NCBI GenBank assembly: GCA_034521955.1
Contig: JAXHLT010000003.1
Location: 4,735-68,734 of the forward strand
From: Halanaerobiales bacterium
GTDB taxonomy: Bacteria > Bacillota > Halanaerobiia > Halanaerobiales > M55B127
Length of the DNA stretch: 64,000 nt
Direction: 5' to 3'
In this document: positions 18,269 through 27,481 of the stretch, piece after piece
Layout of the letters: each line of letters opens with the position of its first letter
Position numbering within the stretch: the first letter of the stretch is position 1
Translations under genes and position numbers: made by a program
The notes under the pieces: model-generated
Database searches by the model: none
What the model was told of the DNA's origin: nothing
The model's input: only the letters and a program-made list of their open reading frames with translations

Positions 18269-19576
18269 ATGGGATTTATAATAAATAACCCACAGCTTTG
18301 GAGAAAAAAAGGTATAGATGATAAATTAAATGAAGAAATTAAGACAAAGGTAGATAAAGATGGGAAACTAGAACTGTCAAAAGAGATTGTAGATAAATTG
18401 AATTTAAAACCAGAAACAGAACTTAGATTAAGAAATGATGGAGATACACTTATGATAAAAAGAGCTGATCCTTTGTTAAGTCGTGTATATATAGAACCTA
18501 CAACCGACTGTAACTTAAACTGTAAGACCTGTGTAAGACATTCCTGGGATGAAAAAATCGGGAGAATGGATTTACAAGATTACATAAAAATTATTGATGA
18601 TTTAAAAGAATTTGATAATTTAGATAGGATAAGTTTTTGGGGAATAGGAGAGCCTCTTTATCATCCTGATATTGTAGAGATGATTAAAAGGGCTAAACAA
18701 TTAAATGTTAACACCCAAATTATTACAAACGGTCTTTTACTAGATGAAAGTATGTCTCGGAATTTATTAAAAGCAGGATTAGATAGTCTAGTTGTTTCAT
18801 TAGATGGTACATCTCCAGAAACGATGGCTGATATTAGATCTGGAGCTAATCTAGAAGAGATAATTAATAATGTAAAAACATTTAAGAATCTAAAGTCAAA
18901 ATATAATGATAATAAAACAGAAATCGGAATAGAATTTGTAATTATGAAATCTAATGTAGGCGAGTTAAAAGACTTAAGAAAATTAGCACTTGAATTAGGT
19001 GCGTCTTTCATATTTTTAACAAATCTATTACCTTATACAGAAGCGATGACAGATGAAATACTTTATTCATTTAGTAATAGTAGGTCACAGCCAGAAGAAA
19101 GAACAGAACATAGACCTGAAATATATCTTCCGCCAACAGATTTAAATAAAGATACAGTAAATTCAATTTCAAAGATAGTGGGTAAAACCAGTTCAATTAG
19201 TACGAGACAGGTCCCTTTCGATCCCCACAATGGGTACTGTAAGTTTGTAGAACAGGGTAGTGTAGCTATTAATTGGAAAGGTGAAGTTAGTCCATGTGTG
19301 CCATTAATGCATAGTTATGACTGTTATATAAGAGAAAGAAAAAAACATTTTAAATCTTATGATCTTGGTAATATACAAGATAGTGCATTAGAGGATATAT
19401 ATAATAGTGGAGAGTTTAAAGAATTCAGAAAGAAATTAATTGAATTTCCTTTTTCAGAATGTACACAGTGTTCAGGGTGTGATATGTCTAAAACAAATGA
19501 AAAAGACTGTCATGGGAATACCTTCCCTGTTTGTGGAGACTGTTTGTGGGGTAAGGGAATTGTGCAATGTCCATAA
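18269..19576 (+). CDS. Radical SAM/SPASM-domain protein with N-terminal AbrB/SpoVT-like domain (candidate tungsten-enzyme maturase)
   Basis: The rSAM cluster is CNLNCKTCVRH (Cx3Cx2C). The C-terminus is Cys-rich and SPASM-like (CKFVEQG...SPCVPL...CTQCSGCDM...CHGNTFPVCGDCLWGKGIVQCP). The N-terminus KLELSKEIVDKLNLKPETELRLRNDGDTLMIKR is AbrB-like. Confidence 0.75.
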   Translation: MGFIINNPQLWRKKGIDDKLNEEIKTKVDKDGKLELSKEIVDKLNLKPETELRLRNDGDTLMIKRADPLLSRVYIEPTTDCNLNCKTCVRHSWDEKIGRMDLQDYIKIIDDLKEFDNLDRISFWGIGEPLYHPDIVEMIKRAKQLNVNTQIITNGLLLDESMSRNLLKAGLDSLVVSLDGTSPETMADIRSGANLEEIINNVKTFKNLKSKYNDNKTEIGIEFVIMKSNVGELKDLRKLALELGASFIFLTNLLPYTEAMTDEILYSFSNSRSQPEERTEHRPEIYLPPTDLNKDTVNSISKIVGKTSSISTRQVPFDPHNGYCKFVEQGSVAINWKGEVSPCVPLMHSYDCYIRERKKHFKSYDLGNIQDSALEDIYNSGEFKEFRKKLIEFPFSECTQCSGCDMSKTNEKDCHGNTFPVCGDCLWGKGIVQCP

Positions 19577-19584
19577 AAAAAACA

Positions 19585-19608
19585 TTGTGAAACTATTATT
19601 TTTCACAA
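19585..19608. repeat. Perfect 8-bp inverted repeat UUGUGAAA-N8-UUUCACAA
   Basis: 19585-19592 pairs with 19601-19608, 9 nt after the rSAM stop and about 45 nt upstream of the riboswitch. No U-run follows. Confidence 0.5.
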
Positions 19609-19650
19609 CTTATAAAGGAATTTTAGGTTTTCCCTGTAATTAATATAATA

Positions 19651-19752
19651 TACCTTCGAGTCTTGGAGCCTAAAAAACTAATAATGTTTTATGGCAAATT
19701 GACCGCTGGGTTATAGTAGAAATACTATAGCCTCCCGTGTTTGGAAAGAAGA
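19651..19752 (+). promoter_or_regulatory. Moco/Tuco riboswitch candidate, aptamer (second copy)
   Basis: P1 CUUC(19654-57)/GAAG(19748-51). GAG. GUCUUG/CAA..GAC. GACCG. Hairpin GGUUAUAGUA(19709-18)-GAAA-UACUAUAGCC(19723-32), then UCCC and GGAAAG. RBS AAAGGAGG at 19761-68 follows directly, with no terminator. Confidence 0.7.
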
Positions 19753-19776
19753 TAAATCATAAAGGAGGTATAATTA

Positions 19777-21583
19777 ATGGGGAAAATTCAAGAATTTTCA
19801 GTACTAAGAGTTGATTTAGGAAAACAAACGGTAAAAAGAGAGATAATTGCAGGTGAAAGAGTAGAAAAGTATTTAGGAGGTAGAGGATTAGCATCAAAAA
19901 TTCTATATGATGAGATTGATCCCAAAGTAGATCCTTTAAGTCCTGAAAACAAACTAATTTATGCTACAGGTTTACTGACTGGTACAGCTGCCTCCACAGG
20001 TGGACGTTATATGGTTGTTACTAAGGGTCCATTAACCGGTACAATAGCAAGTAGTAATTCCGGTGGATTTTTTGGTGCAGAGCTTCGTTTTAGCGGTAAT
20101 GATATGATTATCTTTGAAGGTAAGTCTGATAAACCGGTTTATCTTTCAATCAAGGGAGATAAAGCAGAGTTAAAAGATGCCTCACATATTTGGGGTAAAA
20201 AAGTAAATGAAACAACAGATATGTTAATAGAGGAATTTGGTGATGATGGTGCTAGGGTAAGTTGTATAGGTCCTGCGGGAGAAAACCAGGTAATGTTTGC
20301 ATCTATTATGAATGAAAAACATAGAGCTGCCGGTCGTACAGGTGTTGGTGCAGTTATGGGTTCGAAAAATCTTAAAGCTGTTATAGTTAAATCTGATGAG
20401 AATAAAGTTAATTATGATAAAGAAAGTGCAATGGAAGTTGTTAGAAAACAAACTAAAATGTTAAAAGAAGATGGTGTTACAGGTGAAGGACTCCCTGCTT
20501 TAGGAACAAAAGTATTAGATAACATTATTAATTCTAATGGTCTTTATCCATCAAATAACTTCCAGTTTGGAACATTTGATAAGACTGAAGAAGTATCTGG
20601 AGAGGCTTTAGTTGAAAAAGGTTACTTACAGTCTAATAAAGGTTGTTATGGATGTCCAATAAGATGTGGACGTGACGTAAAACTACCTAATGGTAGATCT
20701 GGTGAAGGACCTGAATATGAAACAGGTTGGGCCTTTGGAGCAGACTGTGGAGTTGATGATTTAAATGCAATAACTGAGGCTAACTTTTTATGTAATGAAT
20801 TAGGACTCGATACAATAAGTGCCGGTACTACAATAGCCTGTGCAATGGAATTGATATGAAAACGGTTATATAGATAAAGAAGAATTAGAAAATGGTCCTG
20901 AACTTAATTTTGGTTCTTCTGAATCAATTATTTATTATACAAAGCAAATGGCTTATAGAGAAGGTTTTGGAGACAAATTAGCTATGGGATCATATCGATT
21001 AGCTGATTCTAAAGGTCATCCTGAACTTTCAATGTCAGTTAAAAAGCAGGAACTTCCTGCATATGACCCAAGAGGAGTTCAAGGTCAAGGTTTACAGTAT
21101 GCAACTTCAAATCGAGGAGGTTGTCATGTAAGAGGTTATATGATATCACCTGAGGTAATTGGTGCTCCTGAGAAGTTAGATCCACAAGAATTAAAAGGTA
21201 AACCAGAATGGGTTAAAATATTCCAGGACTTAACAGCTGTAATAGATTCAGTGGGAATGTGTTTATTTACTTCATTTGCATTAGGTTTAGATGACTATAA
21301 AGAGATAGTAAATGCTGGAACAGACTTTAATTATACTTCAGATGAACTTTTACAAGCTGGAGAAAGAATATATAACTTAGAAAGAAAGTTTAATTTAGAA
21401 GCCGGAATAAGTCCTAAAGAAGATAAACTTCCTAATCGTTTTACAGATGTTCCACTTCCTGATGGCCCACAAAAAGGTGTTGTTTCTAAATATAAAGAAA
21501 TATTACCTAAATATTATGAAGAAAGAGGATGGACTCCTGAAGGAGAAATCAGTACTGATAAAATTAATGAATTAGGATTATAA
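19777..21583 (+). pseudogene. aor: Tungsten-type aldehyde:ferredoxin oxidoreductase (classical ~602 aa), interrupted by one extra base
   Basis: Track ORFs 19777-20859 and 20948-21583 form one protein. Skipping A 20854 gives ...CAMEL-YENGYIDKEELENGPELNFGSSESIIYYTKQMAYREG.... Motifs present: GGRGL, GPLTG, CYGCPIRCGR, EYETGWAFGADCG, GLDTIS. Confidence 0.85.
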
Positions 21584-21588
21584 TAAAT

Positions 21589-21870
21589 ATGAAAATAAAA
21601 GTAAAATTATATTCTTTATTTAGATTAAATCTAAAAACTTCTGAAGTAAACTATGAGTTCGAAAAAAATATAAAGGTTAAAGATTTAATAGATAGACTTG
21701 ATGACGATTTTTCAGGTTACTTTTCTGAAAAATTATTGGAATCTGGGGAAATCAAAACTGGTTCCATTATTTTAATTAATGGCAAAAATATTTTTCATAT
21801 TGATAAATTAAACTCTAAAATTAAACATGGAGATATTGTTACAATGTTTCCACCATCTGCAGGAGGATAG
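21589..21870 (+). CDS. MoaD/ThiS-family ubiquitin-like sulfur-carrier protein
   Basis: 93 aa ending ...HGDIVTMFPPSAGG (C-terminal Gly-Gly). It starts 5 nt after the aor stop. Confidence 0.75.
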   Translation: MKIKVKLYSLFRLNLKTSEVNYEFEKNIKVKDLIDRLDDDFSGYFSEKLLESGEIKTGSIILINGKNIFHIDKLNSKIKHGDIVTMFPPSAGG

Positions 21871-21933
21871 AATTATATCTCTTGCAAATTAAAGGATAAT
21901 TTGATATTATTACTTTCAGCAAAGAAATAGAAG

Positions 21934-22350
21934 GTGGACAGATTGAAAGTAGCAGTAATTGATGGATTAGGAGGCGGTTTGGGTTCACAAATCGTCAATA
22001 AATTAAATAAACAATTTGGTGATAGTCTTAAAGTATTAGCTCTCGGCACGAATGCTGGAGCTACTTCTAAGATGATTGCCAATGGTGCCGATGAAGGTGC
22101 AACAGGAGAAAATGCAATTGTTATCAATGTCAAAGATGTTGATATTATCATTGGTCCACTAGGTTTGATAATTCCCAATTCTATGAAAGGTGAAATAACT
22201 ACTGTGATGGCCGAAGCTATTGCAGGTTCAAAAGCCAAAAAAATTATAATTGGGATGAAACAACCTCATGTAGAACTTGTCGGTGTCAGTAACAAATCTT
22301 TAAATGAATTAATAGAAGAAGCGATAGAACAAATTAAAAATCATATATAA
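21934..22350 (+). CDS. DUF3842 family protein
   Basis: KVAVIDGLGGGLGSQIV...ALGTNAGATSKMIANGADEGATGENAIV matches my memory of DUF3842. The start may be GTG 21934 or TTG 21943. The antisense track ORF 21873-22238 is treated as spurious. Confidence 0.55.
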   Translation: MDRLKVAVIDGLGGGLGSQIVNKLNKQFGDSLKVLALGTNAGATSKMIANGADEGATGENAIVINVKDVDIIIGPLGLIIPNSMKGEITTVMAEAIAGSKAKKIIIGMKQPHVELVGVSNKSLNELIEEAIEQIKNHI

Positions 22351-22373
22351 ATCAGATTTATATAAGGATCACG

Positions 22374-22417
22374 AAGGTCTTTACCTGTATTTACTTACGG
22401 GTAGGACCTTTTTTTAT
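22374..22417 (+). terminator. Intrinsic terminator
   Basis: AAGGUCUUUACC...GGGUAGGACCUU followed by U7. Confidence 0.7.
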
Positions 22418-22443
22418 TTGTATTAAAAAAGGAGGAAAACATT

Positions 22444-22989
22444 ATGAATACTAAAAAGTATGTTTACAGTTCTTTATTTATTGCATTAGGAATTTTATTA
22501 CCAATGATTTTTCATGTTATAGGTGGACCAAGCTTGGGAAGAGTTTTATTACCGATGCATTTGCCGGTATTAATAGGTGGGGCTTTTGTAGGACCTTTAT
22601 TTGGTTTAATTATAGGGTTAATTACTCCAATTTTAAGTTCATTGTTTACAGGAATGCCACCAGTTTTACCTATATTACCAATTATGGTTGGAGAGCTAGC
22701 AGTGTATGGACTTGTTATGGGTTATCTTTTTAATAGAATTAAAATGAATGCCTATCTATCGTTAATATTAACTATGCTTGCTGGACGTATAATGGCTTCA
22801 ATCATAGTAATGGGACTTGTCTATGGATTTGGTTTTGGTCAACTTCCAGGCAATCCAATTCTATATATTTATGGAACTATAACAGCAGGTATGCCGGGTA
22901 TTATAGGACAACTTATAATAGTACCTATTGTGATAAATTATTTAAAAAAGTATAACAGTTCTAAATTATCAACTGAATCTGTTTTTTAA
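22444..22989 (+). CDS. ECF-transporter S-component-like membrane protein (substrate unknown)
   Basis: 181 aa with 5-6 TM segments. It is Gly/Pro-rich (LLPMHLPVLIGGAFVGPLFGLIIGLITP), like ECF S components. RBS AAGGAGGA. Confidence 0.4.
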   Translation: MNTKKYVYSSLFIALGILLPMIFHVIGGPSLGRVLLPMHLPVLIGGAFVGPLFGLIIGLITPILSSLFTGMPPVLPILPIMVGELAVYGLVMGYLFNRIKMNAYLSLILTMLAGRIMASIIVMGLVYGFGFGQLPGNPILYIYGTITAGMPGIIGQLIIVPIVINYLKKYNSSKLSTESVF

Positions 22990-23077
22990 ATAAATTTTAT
23001 TTAAAAAGGAATATTAAACCCTTCTCTTTAATTAATAATATAGAATAGCATTATTAATTGATAGGGGGTTATTTTAG

Positions 23078-24055
23078 ATGCCAGCTAATTTACCACCTCA
23101 GTATTATGAAGCTGAGGAAGTATTTAGAAATGCACAAACTTCGGAAGAAAAAATTGCCGCATTAAAAGATATGCTTTCAATTATGCCTAAACATAAAGGT
23201 ACTGAAAAACTTCAAGCTGATTTAAAAAAAAGAATTTCTAAATTAAAGGAAGAAAAAGAGAAAAAAAGCAAAACAAAAAGCACATATAATCCATATTTAA
23301 TTGATAAAGAGGGTGCTGGTCAGGTAATATTACTGGGATATCCTAATGTTGGTAAGTCCTCAATAGTAGAATCTTTAAGTAATGCAAAGGTTAAGGTTGC
23401 TAAATATCCTTTTGCAACTTCTTTACCGACAGCAGGTATGATTAACTTTGAAGATATACAAATTCAATTAATAGATACTCCTCCATTAGTTCCTGAAGAT
23501 GTGCCGGGTCCGATGGTGAGCGCTATATTTCATGCTGACTATTTAGCAGTTGTAATAGACATATCTGCAAAAGATTGTCTTGACCAATTATCAGGTATTA
23601 TTGATTTTTTAGAAAATAAAAGATTGATTAGAGAAGATATACCTGAAAATGTAAAGGCATATCATCTTAATGATATTTTAATTATTGCAAATAAAATTGA
23701 TTTAGAGGGTGTAGATGAAAACTTAGATATAATAAAAGAGCTTTATCCTGAGCTAGAAATTTTAAATGTTTCTACTAAAAATAATCTAAATATAGAGAAA
23801 ATACCTAAAATACTATTTAAAAAATTAAAAATAATTAGGGTGTATAGTAAAGCCCCTGGAGAAGAACCAGATTATAAGCAACCATATATACTAGACAAAG
23901 GAAGTATAGTTTTAGATTTTGCCCAACTTATTCATAAAGACTTTGCCAAAAAACTTCAAAAAGCAAATATTTGGGGGTCAGCTCGATTTGATGGTCAAAG
24001 TGTGGCAAAAGATCATGAATTAGAAGACAAAGATGTTGTGGAATTGCATATATAA
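23078..24055 (+). CDS. OBG/DRG-family GTPase with C-terminal TGS domain
   Basis: G1 GYPNVGKSS, G3 DTPP, G4 NKID. The C-terminus ...DGQSVAKDHELEDKDVVELHI is TGS-like. Confidence 0.75.
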   Translation: MPANLPPQYYEAEEVFRNAQTSEEKIAALKDMLSIMPKHKGTEKLQADLKKRISKLKEEKEKKSKTKSTYNPYLIDKEGAGQVILLGYPNVGKSSIVESLSNAKVKVAKYPFATSLPTAGMINFEDIQIQLIDTPPLVPEDVPGPMVSAIFHADYLAVVIDISAKDCLDQLSGIIDFLENKRLIREDIPENVKAYHLNDILIIANKIDLEGVDENLDIIKELYPELEILNVSTKNNLNIEKIPKILFKKLKIIRVYSKAPGEEPDYKQPYILDKGSIVLDFAQLIHKDFAKKLQKANIWGSARFDGQSVAKDHELEDKDVVELHI

Positions 24056-24080
24056 ACTTAAAAAGGAATGAATAAATAAA

Positions 24081-24497
24081 ATGAATGAAAAAGAATTAGC
24101 AATTAATGAACTTAATAACAGTGAGTATTCTTTAATAATAGTGAAAAGTAATAAAATTGTATATAAGAGTAAAAAAGAAAGTGTTGGTTCTATTGTTGGA
24201 CTTTTAGAAAACAATCCTGAAATTTTAAAAGATGCTATTGTTGCAGATAAAATAATTGGTAGGGCAGTAGCTATGATTTGTGATTATAGTTCAGTAAACT
24301 TTTGTTATGGTAAAATAGTAAGTAAAGGTGCAGTGGATATTTTTGAAAAAAGGAATTTAGAATATGAAGCAGAAAATATAGTTAAGGCTATAAAAAACAG
24401 AGATAATACTGATTTATGTCCAATAGAAAAATTGACTTTGGATGTTGATGACAGTGAAGAGGGAATAAAAAGAATAAAAGAATTTATTAATAATTAA
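24081..24497 (+). CDS. DUF1893 (TM1506-like) domain protein
   Basis: VADKIIGRAVAMI...SKGAVDIFEKRNLEYEAENIVKAIKNRDNTDLCPIEKL matches the DUF1893 pattern as I recall it. Confidence 0.55.
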   Translation: MNEKELAINELNNSEYSLIIVKSNKIVYKSKKESVGSIVGLLENNPEILKDAIVADKIIGRAVAMICDYSSVNFCYGKIVSKGAVDIFEKRNLEYEAENIVKAIKNRDNTDLCPIEKLTLDVDDSEEGIKRIKEFINN

Positions 24498-24516
24498 AAA
24501 TGAGAAGGTGAGATTA

Positions 24517-24930
24517 ATGTATAGTTATTTTAAGGTCTATATTTTAGCATTTTTAGTATTTATTTTAATTGATTCCATCTGGTTAGGATCAATAGCTAAA
24601 AAATTATACAGAAAACAGATTGGGTTTTTAATGAAGGAAAACTTTGATATGAAGGTAGCTTTAATATTTTATCTGGTATTTATTGTCGGATTATTATTTT
24701 TTGTTTTAAATAATGCTATAATTAATCAAAGTTGGCAGTATGCATTATTTGCAGGTATGTTTTATGGGTTTATTACCTATGCAACATATGATATAACAAA
24801 CCTAGCTACTATTAAAGACTGGCCTGTATTTTTAACTGTTATTGATATTATCTGGGGTTCGGTACTATGTGGCACAACCTCTATAATTACTTATCTTATT
24901 GCTGTAAATATTGACTTCTTTAAAGTATAA
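24517..24930 (+). CDS. DUF2177 family membrane protein
   Basis: MYSYFKVYILAFLVFILIDSIWLG...YATYDITNLATIKDWP. 4 TM segments. RBS GAAGGTGA then ATG 24517. Confidence 0.5.
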   Translation: MYSYFKVYILAFLVFILIDSIWLGSIAKKLYRKQIGFLMKENFDMKVALIFYLVFIVGLLFFVLNNAIINQSWQYALFAGMFYGFITYATYDITNLATIKDWPVFLTVIDIIWGSVLCGTTSIITYLIAVNIDFFKV

Positions 24931-24997
24931 GTTTAGAAGAAGGTGGGTTAAATGAAGATGTTGACATAAGATTATTCTTAGCTAGTATTGATTTCAT

Positions 24998-25021
24998 TTT
25001 TTATGTAATATTACATAAAAA
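24998..25021. repeat. Perfect 24-nt palindrome TTTTTATGTAAT/ATTACATAAAAA (operator-like)
   Basis: Exact 12+12 dyad. It lies 10 nt downstream of a promoter-like TTGACA(24961-66)-16 nt-TAGTAT(24983-88). No intact gene follows. Confidence 0.6.
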
Positions 25022-25191
25022 TGAGATAGGTGAAGAATTTTTTCCAGATATTATCAAATTTCTAATAAGCGGAATCATCTGCAAGTTAGAAAAAAATTTA
25101 AAATCTAATGAATGAGTATTGAAGATATTCATTTAATATTAGACAAATATTAAATATTCACGCACTGAAATGGAGAAGATCCGTAATTTAA

Positions 25192-25449
25192 GCATCAATG
25201 CTTATGGGATCAATGGTTATTACTGCATCCACCTTGAGTTTTTTAGGTATAGGAGCACCACAAGGATATGCAGATTGGGGTCAAATGATTTCATTTTCAC
25301 GTAACTGGATTCTCGGTGGTGAAGGTAATGCTATTAAATATTGGTATACAGTTGTAATACCTGGTAGTGCGATTACATTTTTCTGTTTATCCTGGAACTT
25401 AATCGGAGATGCCTTTAGAGACATTTTAGATCCAAAGCTTCAAAATTAA
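25192..25449 (+). pseudogene. oppC: 3' remnant of oligopeptide/dipeptide ABC permease (OppC/DppC)
   Basis: Only the last ~85 aa are present (ASTLSFLGIGAPQGYADWGQMI...LIGDAFRDILDPKL). The frame is closed by TAA at 25189-91. No oppA, oppB or 5' oppC is present. Confidence 0.75.
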
Positions 25450-25464
25450 AAACATATAAAGTAG

Positions 25465-26480
25465 GTGATAGAATTGAGTAAAGAAAAGCTTATAGATGTT
25501 AATAATTTAGCAACATATTTTCATACTGAAGAAGGAACAGTAAAAGCGGTTGATGGAATAAGTTTTGATATCTATCCTGGAGAGACACTTGGAATAGTAG
25601 GTGAGTCAGGTTGTGGTAAAAGTGTAACATCACTATCCATTATGAGACTTATCGAATCTCCACCTGGACAGATCGAAAATGGCGAGATTATGTTTAACGG
25701 TAAAGACTTAACAAAGTTAAGCCAAAAGAGATGAGAAAGATCAGAGGTAATGATATCTCAATGATTTTTCAGGAGCCAATGACCTCCTTAAATCCGGTAT
25801 ATACCGTTGGAAATCAAATTATGGAAGCAATTTTAATCCATAAAGATGTAAACAAAAAAGAGGCCAGACAGCAAGCAATAGATATGTTAACAAAGGTAGG
25901 AATACCGCTTCCTGAACAGCGTGTAGACGAATATCCTCACCAGTTAAGTGGAGGTATGAGACAGCGTGTAATGATAGCAATGGCCCTATCATGTGATCCA
26001 CAGCTTCTAATCGCAGATGAGCCAACAACAGCGTTAGATGTAACAATTCAGGCTCAGATATTAGAGCTGATGAATGGTCTAAAAAGACAGTTCGGAATGG
26101 CAATAATGATGATCACTCACGATTTAGGTGTAATAGCAGAAGTATCAGATCGTGTAGCGGTAATGTATGCTGGAAAGATAGTAGAGTACACAGATGTTGA
26201 GACACTTTATGGAAATCCAAAACATCCATATACCTGGGGATTAATGCATTCAATTCCTCATATCGAAAAGGACTTAGACAGATTATTGGCGATACCGGGT
26301 AATGTACCGAATCCGCTTAATTTCCCAACTGGATGTAAGTATAACACAAGGTGTCAATTTGCAACAGATAAGTGTAGAACAGATGAACCTGACATAGAAG
26401 AGATAGAAGAAGGCCATCACGTAGCGTGCTGGCATATAGATAAGCTAGAAGAAGCCAAAAAAGAAAAGTATAGTGCTTAA
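25465..26480 (+). pseudogene. oppD: Oligopeptide ABC transporter ATPase OppD, 1-nt frameshift
   Basis: Track ORFs 25465-25734 and 25731-26480 form one protein. The frame breaks at the A4 run 25724-25727 (expected [21 protein letters not shown]). Walker [17 protein letters not shown], and a C-terminal oligopeptide-type Cys-rich tail. Confidence 0.85.
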
Positions 26481-27481
26481 TGGAGGTGAATAATTTGGCA
26501 GAAGCGAAAAAATTACTTGATATAAAGAACTTAAAGAAGTACTTTCCTGTAAAGGCAGGGGTATTTCGCAAGACAGTAGCACAAGTAAAAGCGGTAGATG
26601 ATGTTAGTTTTTATATAAAAGAAGGAGAGACCTTGGGACTAGTAGGAGAATCCGGGTGTGGTAAATCAACAACCGGTCGTACAATTCTTCGCCTCCTGGA
26701 AGCAACAGCTGGAGAGATCTGGTTTGAAGGTAAGAACTTAGTTGAATTAAACAAAAGAGATCTAAGAGAGATGAGAAAAGAGATGCAGATTATCTTTCAG
26801 GATCCATATGCATCATTAAACCCACGTATGACAGTAGCAGATATAGTGGGAGAGCCGATAGATATTCACAATTTAGCTTCAAGCAAAAAAGAAAGAAACG
26901 AGAAAGTAGCTGAGATATTAGATACAGTAGGGCTAGGTTCAGAATACATGAAAAGGTATCCTCACGAGTTTAGTGGTGGTCAGAGACAGCGTATAGGTGT
27001 AGCAAGGGCCTTAGCTGTAGATCCATCATTGATCATTGCAGATGAGCCGGTATCGGCCTTAGATGTATCAATTCAGGCTCAGGTAATCAACTTGATGCAG
27101 GACTTACAGAAAGACTTTGGATTAACCTATTTATTTATTGCTCATGATTTAAGTGTAGTAAAACACATCAGTGATCGTGTAGCGGTAATGTATTTAGGAA
27201 AGATAGTAGAGTTAGCAACAAAAAAGGAGTTATTTGCTGATCCGAAACATCCTTATACTAAGTCATTACTATCAGCAATACCGGTAGCAGATCCAACATA
27301 TGAGAAAGATAGAGTTATCTTAGAAGGGGATGTACCTTCACCGGTGGATCCACCATCAGGATGTAATTTCCATCCACGTTGTCATTATGCGATGGATATA
27401 TGTAGTGAAGTTGAACCGGAGTTTAAGGATTATGGCGATGAGCATTTTGCTTCCTGTCATCTACTTGAACAGGATGAGTAA
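26480..27481 (+). CDS. oppF: Oligopeptide ABC transporter ATPase OppF
   Basis: [28 protein letters not shown]. The TAATG overlap with oppD indicates coupling. Confidence 0.9.
   Translation: MEVNNLAEAKKLLDIKNLKKYFPVKAGVFRKTVAQVKAVDDVSFYIKEGETLGLVGESGCGKSTTGRTILRLLEATAGEIWFEGKNLVELNKRDLREMRKEMQIIFQDPYASLNPRMTVADIVGEPIDIHNLASSKKERNEKVAEILDTVGLGSEYMKRYPHEFSGGQRQRIGVARALAVDPSLIIADEPVSALDVSIQAQVINLMQDLQKDFGLTYLFIAHDLSVVKHISDRVAVMYLGKIVELATKKELFADPKHPYTKSLLSAIPVADPTYEKDRVILEGDVPSPVDPPSGCNFHPRCHYAMDICSEVEPEFKDYGDEHFASCHLLEQDE

Noticed and set aside
19440-19643. 67-aa ORF downstream of and overlapping the radical SAM/SPASM gene, as a candidate RiPP precursor.
   Set aside because: Most of it overlaps the Cys-rich C-terminus of the rSAM gene in another frame. 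It has no RBS, and its tail runs into the dyad and riboswitch region.
20857-20859. In-frame TGA inside aor as a possible selenocysteine codon.
   Set aside because: The same frame hits TAA at 20875-20877 six codons later. AOR homology continues in the +1 frame from 20855. No SECIS-like hairpin is evident. A 1-nt insertion explains the break.
21873-22238. 121-aa minus-strand ORF antisense to the DUF3842 gene.
   Set aside because: It is the mirror of a Gly/Ala-rich coding region and has no RBS. The + strand ORF has recognisable family motifs and operon context.
25819-26571. Two long minus-strand ORFs (94 and 84 aa) inside oppD/oppF.
   Set aside because: They are a by-product of the locally higher GC, which gives fewer stop codons. 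The + strand encodes unmistakable ABC ATPase motifs.
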